This document shows positions 13,473 to 27,314 of a DNA stretch of 64,000 nt, piece by piece. A program made the translations under genes and the position numbers. The notes beneath the pieces were generated by a model. It saw only the letters and a list, made by a program, of their open reading frames with translations, had not been told where the DNA came from and searched no databases. Source of the stretch: Felis catus. Taxonomy: Eukaryota. The stretch is from NCBI RefSeq assembly GCF_018350175.1, contig NC_058368.1:73410001-73474000 (forward strand). The letters are read 5' to 3'. The first letter of the stretch is position 1, and every line of letters starts with the position of its first letter.

Positions 13473-13858
13473 ATACAATGGAGTGTTACTCGGCCATCAA
13501 AAAGAATGAAATCTTGCCACTTGCAACTATATGGATGGAACTGGAGGGTATTATGCTAAGTGAAATTAGTCAGAGAAAGACAAAAATCATATGACTTCAT
13601 TCATATGAGAAATTTAAGATACAAAACAGATGAACATAAAGGCAGGGAAGCAAAAATAATATAAAAACAGGGAGGGAGACAAAATATAAGAGACTCTTAA
13701 ATATAGAAAACAAACAGAGTTGCTGGAGGGGGTGTGGGGAGAGGGGTGGGCTAAATAGGTAAGGAGCATTAAGGAATCTACTCTTGAAGTTATTGTTGCA
13801 CTATATGCTAACTTGGATTAAATAAACAAACAAACAAACAAACAAACACATAAATATA
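12237..13858 (+). mobile_element. 5'-truncated young carnivore L1 (ORF2 3' end + 3'UTR)
   Basis: [21 protein letters not shown]...[17 protein letters not shown] and an (aaac)n tail. TSD gaaccttac(c/t)ttcct at ~12222-12236 and ~13860-13874. Inserted into an older minus-strand L1 remnant. Confidence 0.93.
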
Positions 13859-14605
13859 AGAACCTTACTTTCCTTAACCATAATGTCATTATCACATTTG
13901 ACAGAATCAGCAATAATTCTTCAGAATCATCATCTAATCAGACCATGGTCAGTTTCTCCCGGTTGTCTCAAAAATATTTGTACAGATGGTGTATTCAAAC
14001 TAGGATTGAATCAAGGTCCACTCATTACACTTGGTTGTTGTGCTTTCTTAAGTCTCTTTTAATCAAACAGAGTTCCTCTCCACGCTTTGTCCGGCCACTG
14101 GCTTGTTCAATGAGCTCGATCAGTCGTCCCATAGAATGTCCCACATTCTGATTTGTTTCTCTGCTTCCTTGTGATTTTACTTAACTTTATTATCTATCCC
14201 CTGTATTTCTTCTAGCTCACCCTAGAGACTTGACTAGATTCAGGTTTAACCTTTTTTTTTTTTTTCCAAGAAGAATATGTTACCGTTGGTGCTGTGTTCT
14301 TCATATTGAATTACATCAGGAGGCACCTGGTTTCTATTTTTAGTGATGCTAAGATTGATCAAAGAGTTTGGGTGGTGACAGCCTGATCCCTCCATTATAT
14401 CTTTCCACCAACTATTGGTCAAGTGTTATTATCTTTTGATGATTGTTGCATGACTCAATTATTTCGTTAGGGGTGACAAAGTGATGTTTTTCTCCTTCTG
14501 TCATTCCTTACATAATTATTAGCTGGAACTCCTCTGTAAATAAGAACTTTCTCTCTTCAACTAGGGACTATCCTAAAAGGCAAAGTGAGTGCTTAATTCT
14601 TTTCC

Positions 14606-14810
14606 TTCTTTTTTTTTAAAGTTTATTTATTTATCTTGTGGAGGGGAGAGAGGCAGAGAGAGGGGGAGTGGGGGGGGGGGAACCTCAAGCAGGCTCTGCA
14701 CTGTCAGCACACAGCCTGATGTGGGGCTTGATCCCAGGAACTGTGAGATCAAGACCTGAGCTAAGATCAAGAGTTAGGCGCTTAACCAGCTGAGCTACCC
14801 AGGTGCCCCA
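14606..14810 (-). mobile_element. CAN-SINE
   Basis: Reverse-complement consensus; TSD ~aattctttcctt. Confidence 0.9.
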
Positions 14811-15579
14811 ATTCTTTCCTTTTAACTGCCAATTTCCAGAGGAAGAAACTGGTACCCTGGCACTTCCAGAGATATCCAATGAGCTGGGTCTCTCTCTCTC
14901 TCCCCCATATATTCATTCATTAAATGAATTGAAGGAATATGTTGCCTGTTCCACAACTGTGCCCCTTTGTGAGTTGAGAGCCCCATGGAGCCAGAGGCCT
15001 GCTTCCAGAAGTGGGGGATAACATTTCCATCGGAGGGCTGGCAGCCATCAAGACAAGGTTAAGATGCTGCTGGAGCCAGAGTGGCTGGATGCCGCTGCTC
15101 GAGCAAGGCTTGTTGGGTCTCTCCCACCCTGTTAGTCACAGAGTCTGAGTCTACACACGCCCTGATGGGAATTTCAGGCTGGAGAGCCATAAGGTCTCCA
15201 TGAGTCGGGTGAGCAGCTTCAGTCAGAGCCCCAGAGCAAGTCATCAGTGGTTTTCAAAGGGGGTGTGCTTGGTGGTCACACCAGGGAAACCACAAGTCCA
15301 ACACCACTAGGTTGGGCATTGAAGTGGGACTGTGTCCCTTTGCCCATTGGGCATCACCATTGGCCACAGTGACACACAACTCAGAGGAGTTGGGAGGCTG
15401 AGTCCCCAAGAGTACCATCACTTCTCCACGTCAGCTCTTCCTGGTCAGAATCATCCCCCTTGGCACCGACGGGATGGGAAATACAAGCATAGAACATATA
15501 AATTCCTACCAGATATCCAGATGTAAAAGCAGCTACACCAGCAATATTAATTAACTTGATACCTTATTAGAAAAATACA

Positions 15580-15710
15580 GGGGCTTCTGGGTGGCTCAGT
15601 CGGTTGAGCGTCCGACTTCAGCTCAGGTCGTGTTCTCACAGTTTGTGAGTTTGAGCCCCGTGTTGGGCTTTGTGCTGACAGCGTAGAGTCTGGAACCCGC
15701 TTCGAGTTCT

Positions 15711-15765
<55 letters not shown>

Positions 15766-15810
15766 CCTCCCCTGCTCATGCTCTCTCTCTGTCAAAAATA
15801 AATAAATATT
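15580..15810 (+). mobile_element. CAN-SINE with long (CT)n
   Basis: Consensus head and tail. Confidence 0.92.
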
Positions 15811-16029
15811 GGGGCGCCTGGGTGGCGCAGTCGGTTGAGCGTCCGACTTCAGCCAGGTCACGATCTCGCGGTCCGGGAGTTCGAGCCCCATGTCAGGCTC
15901 TGGGCTGATGGCTCAGAGCCTGGAGCCTGTTTCCGATTCTGTGTCTCCCTCTCTCTCTGCCCCTCCCCCGTTCATGCTCTGTCTCTCTCTGTCCCAAAAA
16001 TAAATAAATGTTGAAAAAAAAATTTTTTT
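15811..16029 (+). mobile_element. Young CAN-SINE (SINEC_Fc type) inserted in the tail of the preceding SINE
   Basis: CpG-rich head ggggcgcctgggtggcgcagtcgg; TSD aaataaataaatatt. Confidence 0.93.
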
Positions 16030-16772
16030 AAATAAATAAATATTAAAAACAGAAAAGAAAAAGAAAAATTTAAGATTCTTGTTGAAAAGGACATTTGCTG
16101 GTACCTAGTTGGGTGCAATTAAGAGAAAGAAACCACACAGCACTTTAACAGGGAAGCTAAATGTACGGAATTAAGAACTGTAACAGGGGAGTGGGACAAT
16201 AGGCATTGGCTAGGAAGAAGACGACTCTGAACAACGTAGAAATGGCAAAGGGAAGGAGCTGCCCAGACACCGAGGGCTGAGATAAAACTCCCTCCCACGC
16301 TGCTCGCCCACACGCACCGATGGCGCTGAGGTCCAGCTTTTCATGAGAAGACACAGGTGGCTGTGGCTAGATGGCAGGAAAGTGGCCCCGGTGTTGTTGT
16401 GCTGGGCATATTGCTGGACATCTGCCCCGGGCGGTGCCACAGAAAGCTGTTTGCAGGGAAGGGCCGAGCTACGAAACCACCTGAGTGTTCGCTGTGAGCT
16501 CCAGTGTGTGCACTGTATGCAGAGCCCTGGGGAAGCGGCAGGCTGGGCCCCAGGGAGGTCCACACAGCTGCTGGGCATGTCCGAACTCAGAGGCACAACT
16601 CTTTCCTCCTGCCTTCTCTACTGACAAAGCTCAGTACCGTTCCAGCTGCAGAAGGAAAGATTTATAAAGGACCCACATATATTTTCACAGCACTCAAGAA
16701 AGGATTGATTTGGAGCTCAGAGGCAGAAAGCCCGAAACTGCCATACTATATCTGTGCAAAGAGACCTTAACT

Positions 16773-16960
16773 GGGGCCCTTGGGTGGCTCAGTCGGTTAA
16801 GCGCTAGACCCTTGATTTTGGCTCAGGTCATGATCTCACAGTTTGCGGGTTCGAGCCCCTCACTGGGCTCTGTGTTGACAGTGCAGAGGAGGATGCTTGG
16901 GATTCTCTCTCTCTTTCTCTCTCTCTCTAAAATACATAAACTTTTTTTTTTAAAGAAAAA
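16773..16960 (+). mobile_element. CAN-SINE
   Basis: Consensus head, (CT)n, tail. Confidence 0.88.
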
Positions 16961-17119
16961 AACCTTTAGTTGTATTTCTATCTTGAATAAAACCTGGGAA
17001 CAATTATGATAAAAGGTTAAGTTAAAATTCTAAGTGGTGGGACTAGTGGTATTCGCTTCTTTGTAAGACACTGTAAAATAATTAAATACAAGCCTTGGAT
17101 GAAAGAATATACGAGCAAA

Positions 17120-18010
17120 GCAAACATCTGATAAAAGACTTATATCCACTTCTATAAAATATTCTAAAAAATGCAACTCTCAAAACTCAATAAGAAAACA
17201 AAGTAAAAAATGCACAAAAGATTTGAATACAGTTTACCAAAGAAGATATACCCATAGCAAATAAGCACATGAGAATTTGCTCAAAATCATTGATCACTAA
17301 TTAACTATAAACTCAAACCAAGGAATACCACTAAGCATGTATTATAACGGCTGAAATGGAAAAGATTGATACTACCAAGTGTTGCTGAGGCTGTGGGAGA
17401 ATTGGAATTCTCATACATTGCTGGTGTGAATGTAAAGGGTACAATTACTTTAGAGAATAATTTGGTAGTTTCTTAAAAAGTTAAAATAGGGCTGACATAA
17501 GACCCAGCCATTCTCTCAGGTGTTTCTATAAGTGAAATTTAAAAAAATATGTCAATACAAAGATTTGTACATGAATGCTCAATTTTATTCATGGTAACCA
17601 AAAAATGAACATAACTTCGTATCTAGAAATAGGTATGGATAAACAAATTATGGTATATCCATACAACAGAGTACAGCTTAGCAATAAGCAGGAGTGAGTG
17701 ATTGATACCTGCCACATCATGGACGAATAATTATGCCATTTACATAAAATTCTACAAAACCCAGACTAATCTATAGTGCCAGGGAGCAGATCACTGGTTC
17801 CCTGCAGAATGGGGGCAGGTGGCTGAGGAGGGCACGGTGGGGTTCTAGACGGGAGCACAAGGGAACTTAGGTAGTGACGCATATATTCATTACCCTGTTT
17901 GTGAGGATGGCCCGTGGTGCATAAATAGGTCAAACTTAGAAAATGTTATACTTTAAGATTATGTAGTTTAGTGTCTTCAACTATACCTCAGTAAAGCTAT
18001 TTAAGGAACA
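17120..18010 (+). mobile_element. Old L1 (L1M-type) 3' remnant
   Basis: Degenerate L1 3' motifs (tttaccaaagaagatata, tcatacattgctggtgtgaatgtaaa, aaacaaattatggtatatccatacaa). Confidence 0.7.
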
Positions 18011-18054
18011 ACAATGAGACACCACTTAACATTCATTAGATAGAAAAAATTTAA

Positions 18055-18262
18055 GGGGTGCCTGAGTGGCTCAGTCGGTTGACTGTCCAACTTCAGCTCA
18101 GGTCATGATCTCACAGTTTGTGTGTTCAAGCCCCACATGGGCTCTCTGCTGGCAGCTCAGAGCCTGCTTCGGAAACTGTCTCCCTCTCTCTCTGCGCTGC
18201 CCCACCCCCCTCATTCTCTCTCAAAAATAAATATTTTTTAACTTAAAAAAAATTTTTTTTAA
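18055..18262 (+). mobile_element. CAN-SINE
   Basis: Consensus; approximate TSD aaaaattt(t)aag. Confidence 0.9.
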
Positions 18263-18494
18263 ATATGGAAAAATTTTAAGAGATTTGATGGTATGTGATA
18301 ATTGCGAGGGTGTGAAAGAAAACACTACCATATATTGTTTATGGTACATGAATAGGGAACGGTATTTGGGGGAGTAATTCATGCAAATCCTTCAAGATTT
18401 AGTAGGTTCGTTAAAAAAGTGCTGGTAGGGGGCTTTCTGGGAAGGTGACGACCTACATGCAGCCCTGCCACCTTCCTCTTCCAACCACTTTTTT

Positions 18495-18702
18495 TTAAGT
18501 CCATTTATTTTGACAGAGAAAGAGAGAGAGAGAGAGAAGTGGGGGAGGACCAGCAAGAGAGGAAGAGAGAGAGAATCCCAAGCAGACTCTGCACTGACAG
18601 CACGGAGCCTGATGAGGGACTTGAACTCACGAACTGTGAGATCACGACCTGAGCCAAAACCGAGAGTCTGACGCTTAACTTACTGAGCCACCCAGGCACC
18701 CC
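18495..18702 (-). mobile_element. CAN-SINE
   Basis: Reverse-complement consensus. Confidence 0.9.
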
Positions 18703-19439
18703 ACCAACTATGTCTTTTGAGCAAAGTAGCTGCTGGGCATCCAGACTCCATGGTTTGCCTTGATATGCTGAAGAGGATTTGGGACCTGCCAGGGTGCAGA
18801 GGGAGAGGGACCTTGCTAGCTTCCCCCCTCACTGGTCTACAAGAGAGCCTGAGGACTCGCAGGGAGAGTGCGAGATGGTCTAGATAAACGGGCTCATGGA
18901 AAAAGCGTGGCTGGTGCAGATCTACAGATCTGAGAGGGGAAGATGACTTTTCGTAGGATTACCTGCTCATGCTTCTGCCGCTGGGGACCTGCAGAGGAAG
19001 AGCAGAGCTGGGCTGAACCCTCCCAAATTCCCAGGCTGGAGAGCCTTGGCCTTGTAGCTGAGAAGAGTAGGAGACAATAGACTTCTCCATCTCAGCAGGG
19101 AATGGCCAAGTTGCCACCGGGGACGAAGCTACTCCACTTCCCACTATGTACAGAACTGTTGCTCAGGGCACATCGGGCGCTGGATCGGAGTCCCCAGGGA
19201 TGACCAGAGCCACAGGGGAGCAAAAGAAAATGCTATGGGTGCAGCAGCCGAAGATGGGAAGAACCAGCAGAACACACTGAGCCCGCAGCGCCTAGTGACA
19301 GAGAGCTATTTCTAAAAGGGCACAGATGGTAATGCTGACATAAGTGCATAAAAAGAACATTCAGAGAGATTCGAATATAGCATACAGATTCACGGCGGAA
19401 CTAAGAAACAAAACCAAAAAAATGCTGTTTTCAAATTTT

Positions 19440-20880
19440 AAAAAATCAGTAGTGTATTGAAGGAAACGAAATGATAACATATCAAGGTATGCATGACAAG
19501 AGCGTACATTATGTCGAATGGGTTTTATTCCAGGAATGTAAGGGTGGTTTAATACTCAAAATTATAGTAATGGAGCGGGGGTGGGGAGGAGAAAAGTTGT
19601 ATGATCATCTCATAGATGTAGAAAAGCACATTTGATAACACGTAACACCTGTTCGTGATTTAAACACACTATTGGAAACTAGGAATAGAATGACACTTCT
19701 TCATCCCAATGAAAGAGTCTACAAAAAGCCTCCAGCACCCATCATACTTTCCAGTAAAATACTGAAGGCTTTCCTTCTGCTATTGAAAATGAGGCAATGA
19801 GACCAGCTATCACCACTCCTATCATCATTGCACTAGGAGTTCTAGCAAGAATAAATAAAAAATATATAGCGTTGAAAGGAGGAAATAAAACTACCATTAT
19901 TTTCAGATATGGTTGTGTATGTGGGGGGCGGGGAACAAAAGAATTTACAGGCAGAGTATTAGAATTAACAACTGAATTTAGTAAGTTTACTGGATACCAG
20001 TTTATTAAGCAAACAACAATTGTGGAAATGCAAGTTAAAGTCATAATATCTCACATAAACCATCGGGAGGGTAAAACGGGACAAACATGATCATATAAAG
20101 GCTAGCAGTGCTGTGAAGCAACTGGATTTCTCATAACTGTTGTGGGAGGATGAACTGGTACAACTACTTTGAACAATCGCTTAGCAGTATCTAGGGAAGC
20201 TGAGCCTACGGGTACCCTTTGCGCCCACAACTCCATTCCTGAGTATGCGCTACAGATGTGCACAAATATGTACCCCTTCACAAATGCATATAACAGCATA
20301 TTTCACAGGAGTGAAATAGCCAACAAATGCAAACAACCTGTTTGTCTATCAGTAGTAGAATGGATAAATAAATCGGAGTGCCTTCAGACAATGCAATATT
20401 ATACAACAATGAGAGTAAACTACCCAGTTCTAAATGGATGAAGGTCACAACAACATGTTGAACAAGAGAAGCCTCCCACAAAAAGTACATATTCTATGGG
20501 GGTCCTGGCTGGCTCAGTAGGTAGACCACGCAGCTCTTGCTCTTGGAGTAGTGAGTTCAAGTCCCACGCTGTGTGTAGAGATTGCTTTTTTTAAAAAAAG
20601 TACATATTCTATGACTCCATTTGTATAAAGTTCAAAAGAAGCCAAAACAAATCTATAGTGATGAAAGTCAGAAGACTGATTCTATGTAGGGGTGGTAATT
20701 TCTGGAAGGGGTCATGAAGACCCCTTTCTATATCTCGATGAGGTGCTGGCAGCTTCCTATATCTTGATTTGGATGATGGTTAAATGAGAGTATTCTTGCA
20801 AAAATGTTTCAGTCGGACACTTATAATCTGTGCATGTTTATGTGTGATCCTTTAATTAAAATGTTATAAAGTCCAAATAA
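19440..20880 (+). mobile_element. Old L1 ORF2/3'UTR remnant
   Basis: gggttttattccaggaatgtaagggtggtttaa, tgatcatctcatagatgtagaaaagcac, ggagttctagcaag, ttttcagatatg. Confidence 0.7.
20498..20595 (+). mobile_element. Short tRNA-Lys-like SINE lacking (CT)n
   Basis: ctggctggctcagtaggtag...gagttcaagtcccacgctg; TSD aaaaagtacatattctatg on both sides. Confidence 0.85.
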
Positions 20881-21125
20881 AAATAACCATTCCTTTACAA
20901 AAAAAAAATATATCAATGGATGCATTGAAGGAGAGGTTATTCATTGCTAAGACACAAATTTGTGGCCCAGGAGATCAAGTGGAAGATAATCTCAAAAACA
21001 AATATAAAGCGTGAAGGTAAGGATGAGAAATGTGGAAGAACACATCTCAAAACCCTTCTGTGCAGATAACAGGTGCCCCAGAAGAGACAAAAAACAAATA
21101 GCAGGGCAATAATAGACTATACATT

Positions 21126-21361
21126 GGGGCTCCTGGGTGACTCAGTTGGTTGAGTGTCTGACTTTCGCTCAGGTCATGATCTCATGGTCCGTAAGTTTGA
21201 GCCCCACATGGGGCTCTGTGCTGACAGCTCAGGGCCTGGATCCTGCTTTGGATTCTGTGTCTCCCTCTCTCTCTGCCACATCCACCCCCCCACCACCACT
21301 CATACTCTGTCTCTGTCTGTCTCAAAAATAAATTAACATTACAAAATTAAAAAAAAAAAAA
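21126..21361 (+). mobile_element. CAN-SINE
   Basis: TSD aatagactatacatt. Confidence 0.93.
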
Positions 21362-21803
21362 CAATAGACTATACATTGATACCCTTAAATGAGAGAGAGA
21401 CCCAGATTGTGAATTGAGAGGGCCGTGCTACTCCAGAGAAGACCGAGGATCTAGACACAGCCATATCCTGGAAAATCTCTGAATTCCAAGGCTAATGACA
21501 AAACTGAAAAGCTTCCAAACTAAAAAATAAACCTACTGAAGAAAAAGACTTAGAATAGTACTGAATGTCTCCTCTGTCATCACTTCAGGCTAGGAAACAG
21601 ATAGTGCTTATGAATTGCGGCTAAAAAAAGGTTGCAACCCAAGAATCCATATCCAGCCAAAGTAGCATTTAACCAGGTGGCAACAGAAACACATATGGGG
21701 ACACGCATGGTTTCGAGGCCATGACAGTCATAGTCCATGTGATGAATATACTAGAGAAAGCTAGTTACCATAAATGACAAATAAATTAGAAAATTGACTT
21801 TAT

Positions 21804-22015
21804 GGGGCACCTGGGTGGTTCTGCGGTTGAGCGTCTGACTTCGGCTCAGTCACGGTCTCACAGTCCATGAGTTCGAGCCCCACGTCGGGCTCTGTGCTGA
21901 CAGCTTGGAGCCTGGAGGCTGCTTCTGATTCTGTGTCTCCCTCTCTCTCTGCCCCTCCCTTGCTCATGCTCTGTCTGTCTCTCTCTCTCAAAAATAAATA
22001 AACATTAAAAAAAAA
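21804..22015 (+). mobile_element. CAN-SINE
   Basis: Consensus; TSD ~tgacttta. Confidence 0.92.
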
Positions 22016-22651
22016 CCTGACTTTAAGATGGAGAAACATGAAGTGTAGAAGAAATGCTTTTGAGCCAGGACTCTAGAGATATGTGGTTAACTCCAAATGG
22101 TTGATTGCTTAGATTTCTAGAATTCTGCATAAATGCCCAATAAAGAATCTTGGAACAGAAAAGGTATTGTGCAAAGAAAACCCTGTCAATAGGCTGGAAG
22201 TAAGAGATCCAATTACCTTACCTAAATGATAGGAAAAGTCTGGGACCCACAGGAAGCAAAGCTGTCTGAAAATCTTATCTAACAAGAAGACAATAAGGGA
22301 GATAAAAGAACAGATAAAAGCAATGTCACAAAGTTAGTACCACCCTTAGATGCCCATGGGAGGGTCCCGTGCTCTGCATCCAGGTCTTAGAGCCCCCAAC
22401 TTTGTTCCATGCAGAGCCCACCTTCCAGGCAAGGAGTGCCCGGTGTGTGTCCTGGGAGGAGGAGGAGGGTGGGGAGTAAGGGTCATACCCACCCACTTCC
22501 TTCTGGACTGTGCTCTGGGTTCCTGGGACTGTATAATATCTCATCCAAACAGACCTGAGCCAACTCCTGAGGTCTGAACATGTTTTTTTCCAAGTCTGTT
22601 CCACAGGGAATGATCACAGAAGGCAGGACTCAGTGGTGGGGCAAGGGACAG

Positions 22652-22653
<2 letters not shown>

Positions 22654-22698
<45 letters not shown>
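22654..22698. repeat. (TG)n microsatellite
   Basis: About 22 uninterrupted TG units. Confidence 0.95.
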
Positions 22699-22700
<2 letters not shown>

Positions 22701-23604
22701 GGGAATGGTTGATGAAGCTTGTATATGTGTGTTGATGTGTCCACACCCACAAGCATGATGCTCTTTGTGGGCATGGAGCCAGGTTGAGAAGGAAGGGGGG
22801 TGGGCTGGGGGCCAGCGTCCTAGACCAAGCGTCACCCTCCCTGCACTGTCACTTTCCAGAGCAGATCTCCAAGAAGTCTGAGAATTCTAAATTTGAGCCG
22901 GGGCTTCCAGGGTATTATGAAGATTTATTTGTCACAGCAGAAGGATAGAACATATTTTTTATAACAGCTTGTTAGTTTGATTTATAACTTTTATATATTT
23001 AGACAAATGGTATTTGGGTCTCCTTTTGAATTCTTCTCAGGTCCTGGGGCAAGAATAATGTCAGGACAGCACTCTATCTGGCAAATGATGAGCCCTGCAT
23101 TCAGAGAAGAGAGAAATCACTTGGGATGGTATGAGCTGCCAAGCAAAGCTTCGTGAGAATTCACGGCAAATCATGGAATATTAGACCGAAAGGAGACAGC
23201 TGACATTATGCTAACTAAAAAGTCAAGTATCTTTTTTGGGGGTTGGAGAGGGCTCTTGGACAGAGACAGGGAAGATCACAAATCTGGCTTATTTTATAAA
23301 GGAAAGCCCATGGGGGTTCTGCAGATAGTAACAGAACTGGGCCCAACCCCACGTCTCCTGGCTGTCAACTCCATGCTTCTCCACTTTCCTGTTCGCTCCA
23401 GCTGGCCTGGGAGGAACAGCAGCTTTGGAAAAACACGAGTGTAGAGGTCGGGGGATGGGGTTCAGGGAGAGGCAGAGAGAAGGCCAGAGCTCCCCGAACT
23501 TTTCTAACCAGACGCAAATGAATGCCTCCCCAGCCTGAAGTAGCCACCTTTGAAATCTCAAACCTGATCTTTAAAAATGTTGTGAATTGTATATTCTCTG
23601 TCCC

Positions 23605-23750
23605 TTCCTTGGTAACTTTGGGCATGTTATTGATACTTTGGGCCTCAGTTTCCACATCTGTACAATGGGAAGAGTCGTACTACGAGGTCTGTGTGAAAAG
23701 TACATGATCCGATGTGTATCAAGTGTCCCTGGTGCTTCGTAAGTGTTGGC
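23605..23750. mobile_element. MIR SINE remnant
   Basis: MIR core: actttgggcatgttatt...ggcctcagtttccacatctgtacaatggga. Confidence 0.7.
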
Positions 23751-24574
23751 TGCTGAGCTCTCCCTGGCTTGTGTGCGAACAGAACTTCCCTAATGAAACG
23801 GCCACTCACGATATGGTCCATGGCTTTGCTTTGTCCATCAGGGCAGTATTATTTGGTGTTTAGAATGTATATTGCAACTTATTTACTCCCTTTGGAAAGC
23901 GATATGCCAGCAACAGCTGAGTTTTGAAGAATTCATGACATGTTACCTTAGAATGAATACAGAGGAATGCTGAGGCCCAGTAAATGCACCACGCGTTAGT
24001 TCACAATCAGTTGAGACTCTTGGACGAAGGGCAAGCTTTCCTTTCCAGAGTTCCAGTCTATTTTTGTCAGCAGGGAGAGGTGATATGGCTTATTTTGTAA
24101 TAATCCTTGTAATCCTATGATGATGTGCTTGTTCTAAATCTACTAATGAACCGGCTGAGATGTGGTGTTATGCTTTTCTGGGTGTTTTGGGAGCGTATCT
24201 GAGTTGCTAGAAAAGCCATGGAATTGTTTATATGTTGCGCAGGAGGGATTGGGAATAGATATTTGATAGTGTTTTAAGAAAACCAGCAAATATCTTAACT
24301 ATGAAATTTATACACATCTTAAAATGAAATTGGGGAAAATATAGGGATGTACCTTTGGTAGTAGTGAATTCTAGAAGAAATGGCATGGCAAATCGCATAG
24401 AGGTATTACTGGGTGTTGCAGGACACAGTTCATGTCCTGGCATCTCCCTCCCCCTGTGGGATTTCATTTGACTCCCTCCTCCCATGTTGCCCATGTCCGC
24501 CTCATGCCTCAGACGACCACCAATGTGAGCTCCTTTTGTGGGGGATGGGGGTTTGGTTTTAGATTCTACATATA

Positions 24575-24789
24575 GGGGCACCTGGGTGGCTCAGTTGGTT
24601 AAGCATCTGACCCTTGGTTTCAGGTCAGGTCATGATCTCATGAGTTCAAGCCCCGCATGAGGCTCAGAGCCTGCTTGGGGGTCTCTCTCCACCCCCCCCC
24701 CCCCCCCTCTCTCTCTCTCTTCTCCCCACCGCCCACCCACTCGCTCTGTCTCTGTTTTTCTCAAAATAAATGAAAACACTTAAAAAAAA
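24575..24789 (+). mobile_element. CAN-SINE
   Basis: TSD agattc(t/c)acatata. Confidence 0.9.
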
Positions 24790-25167
24790 GATTCCACATA
24801 TAAGTAAGACCATTCAATGTCTTTTTCTGTTGGACTTAATTTCCTTAGCATGATGCCCTCAAGATCCATTTGTGTTGTAACAAATGATAAGATTTCATTC
24901 TTTTTTATGGCTGAAATAATATGTTAGGATGGAAGTCTACCATTTTATTATATTTTTTAAATGTTTATTCCCTCTGTGTTTTGTTCCGGTTTCCCTTTTC
25001 CTGCATTCCCCTGGGGAATTGCCTGCAAGATATTTGGTAATCAATTTTGATTTCTCTGAAGATGACTTTGAATATATCATATGTGTGTGTGTTTGTGTAT
25101 GCATAGACACATATATAATTTAAAAATATACTATTGTATATATAATTTTTAAGCACACACACACACA

Positions 25168-25386
25168 GGGGTGCCTGGGTGGCTCAGTTGGTTGGGCGGC
25201 CGACTTTGGCTCAGGTCATGATCTCACACTCCGTGGGTTCGAGCCCCGCGTCGGGCTCTGTGCTGACAGCTCAGAGCCTGGAGCTTGTTTCAGATTCTGT
25301 GTCTCCCTCTCTCTGACCCTCCCCCATTCATGCTCTGTCTCTCTCTGTCTCAAAAATAAACGTTAAAAAAAAAATAAAAAAAAATA
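25168..25386 (+). mobile_element. CAN-SINE
   Basis: Consensus; flanked by (ac)n-ag direct repeat. Confidence 0.92.
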
Positions 25387-25499
25387 AACACACACACACA
25401 GACTTCAGGATCTGATTCTGGGTGTTTGCAACATCATAGTTCACTTCTAAAACATTTTTGGTGTTCATGCTGGTTGGTTTCATGCATTGGTCATTCGGG

Positions 25500-27310
25500 A
25501 GTCTTCCTGGAACTTCACAAACATATTTAAATAGTAGTTAACAGTGGAATATAGAATGCTTGCCATTTAGGTCCCTTTACAAATCCCCCTTTTAAAATCC
25601 ACTTGTAAGAATCACATCTTGCTTTCAACCATCAAAGGCTAGTCTCTTAGATTTCTCATATACTCATCTCTTCTGTTGTTCTTTGTTCATTCCAATGTTC
25701 CAAGTTCTCTTCTGTTATCATTTCCTTTCTGTTTGGAGAATTTCCTTTGGCAATTATTTTAGGGAAGGTTTACTGGTGACAAATTATTTTCATTTTCCTT
25801 TACCTGAGAATGTATTTCACCTTCATTTCTAAAAAAAACATTGTTAAATATAGACTTCTCTATTAAAAGCTCTTTTTTTCTTCACTTCTTAGGCAATGTG
25901 GTGCCATTACCTTCAGGCTCCATGGTTTCTGATGAGAAATACACTGCTATTCTAATTGTTTTTCCCCAAAGGAAATGTTTCATCTCTCTCTGAATTGAAT
26001 GCTTTCAATGTTTTTGTCTTTCGTTTTCAAAATTTTTATGGTGATGTATCTTGGCATGAATTCCTTTGGGAATTCTCAGATTTCTGACCTACCTTCAAGT
26101 TCACTGATTGTTCTGTATATCATTTCCATTCTGCTATTGAGGGCATTCAATGCATTTGCTAATTTCATTTAATTTTCCAGCTTAGAAAATTTCAATTGGC
26201 TCTTTATATCTTCTATTTCTTTTCTGAGACTTCATTTTTTCCATTTGTTTCTAATTGCTTATTGAAGCATTTTGGGGATGAATACTTTAAGGTCTTGGGA
26301 AGATTCTTTTTTCACTGAGATGAGATGTTTCTGGTTCTTGATGTGGTGAATAGTATTTGATTGCGCTCTGGACTTTTTGGATATTGTGAGAACCCAGTTC
26401 TTTAACTCTTCTATGTTGGCAGGTAGTTACCCTATTTGGCTTTAGAACATACATCCTGGCCCATTTTTGTTTCCCCCCCCCCTTACATTTTTGTGGAAAT
26501 GTCAACTTAGTCTTCAAAGCTTTTGCTGCATTATACTGGTCTGCCCCATTTTTGTGCTATTTAGAGGCCAATCTGCATCCTAGTTAGCATTTCACACTGT
26601 AATTCACTTCTAAAACCTTTGCTGTTTGATTCTGGTCTGTTTCATGCCTAGGTTGCTTGAGAGTCTCCCCAGTACTTCATATGCAAAGGTAAGGAATTCT
26701 TCTCTCTTGCTCCTTTCCCTAAGTAATCATTTCCCCACTTTCTGCTTGAGAGAAGCACCACCTCATTATTGCAAGGTGGCAATGAAAGCCAAGATGCCAC
26801 CCAGTCTCCATGGAAAACTTACCCCTAACTGGTAGGAAGGGGAAGGTGTGACACCCCATTACCAGAGGACAGGAAGGAAGTCGGGGCTCACAGCACCAGT
26901 GCTGACCATCGTACTCAACAGAGAGTGGAGTGGGTATAGGGTTTTTGTGGTATTTGTGAGGAGTAGGATGGGTACTATCCAAAGGGTTCTGTCCTGCTCA
27001 GCTTCCCCTCTCCTGGTCCTTTGGTTACAGGAAGAAGTCTCTTCTTAAGGTCTTTATTTTGTCTGCTCCTTGTTTCTGGGTTCTGACATTCTCTAGTCCC
27101 CAGAAGAGGATATATAAGCAGAAATATAAAACAGGGAACTCACCTCCCCCCCTTTTTTGTGTCCTGAAGTCCTTGGCTAATTTGCATTATTTCGTCTACC
27201 TTTCAGAGCCTTCTCATATTTATTTTATGTTTTGCCCAGAGTTTTTATCTACAGCCAAAGGAAGAAACGGGGTGGCAGGTGTTATAGCATCTTATCTGGA
27301 ACCAGAGACA
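25500..27310 (-). mobile_element. Old L1 (5'/ORF1 region) remnant
   Basis: T-rich degenerate L1 antisense motifs (tttctgatgagaaat, ccattctgctattgag, ctgagacttcattttttccatttgtt). Confidence 0.55.
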
Positions 27311-27314
27311 TGAA

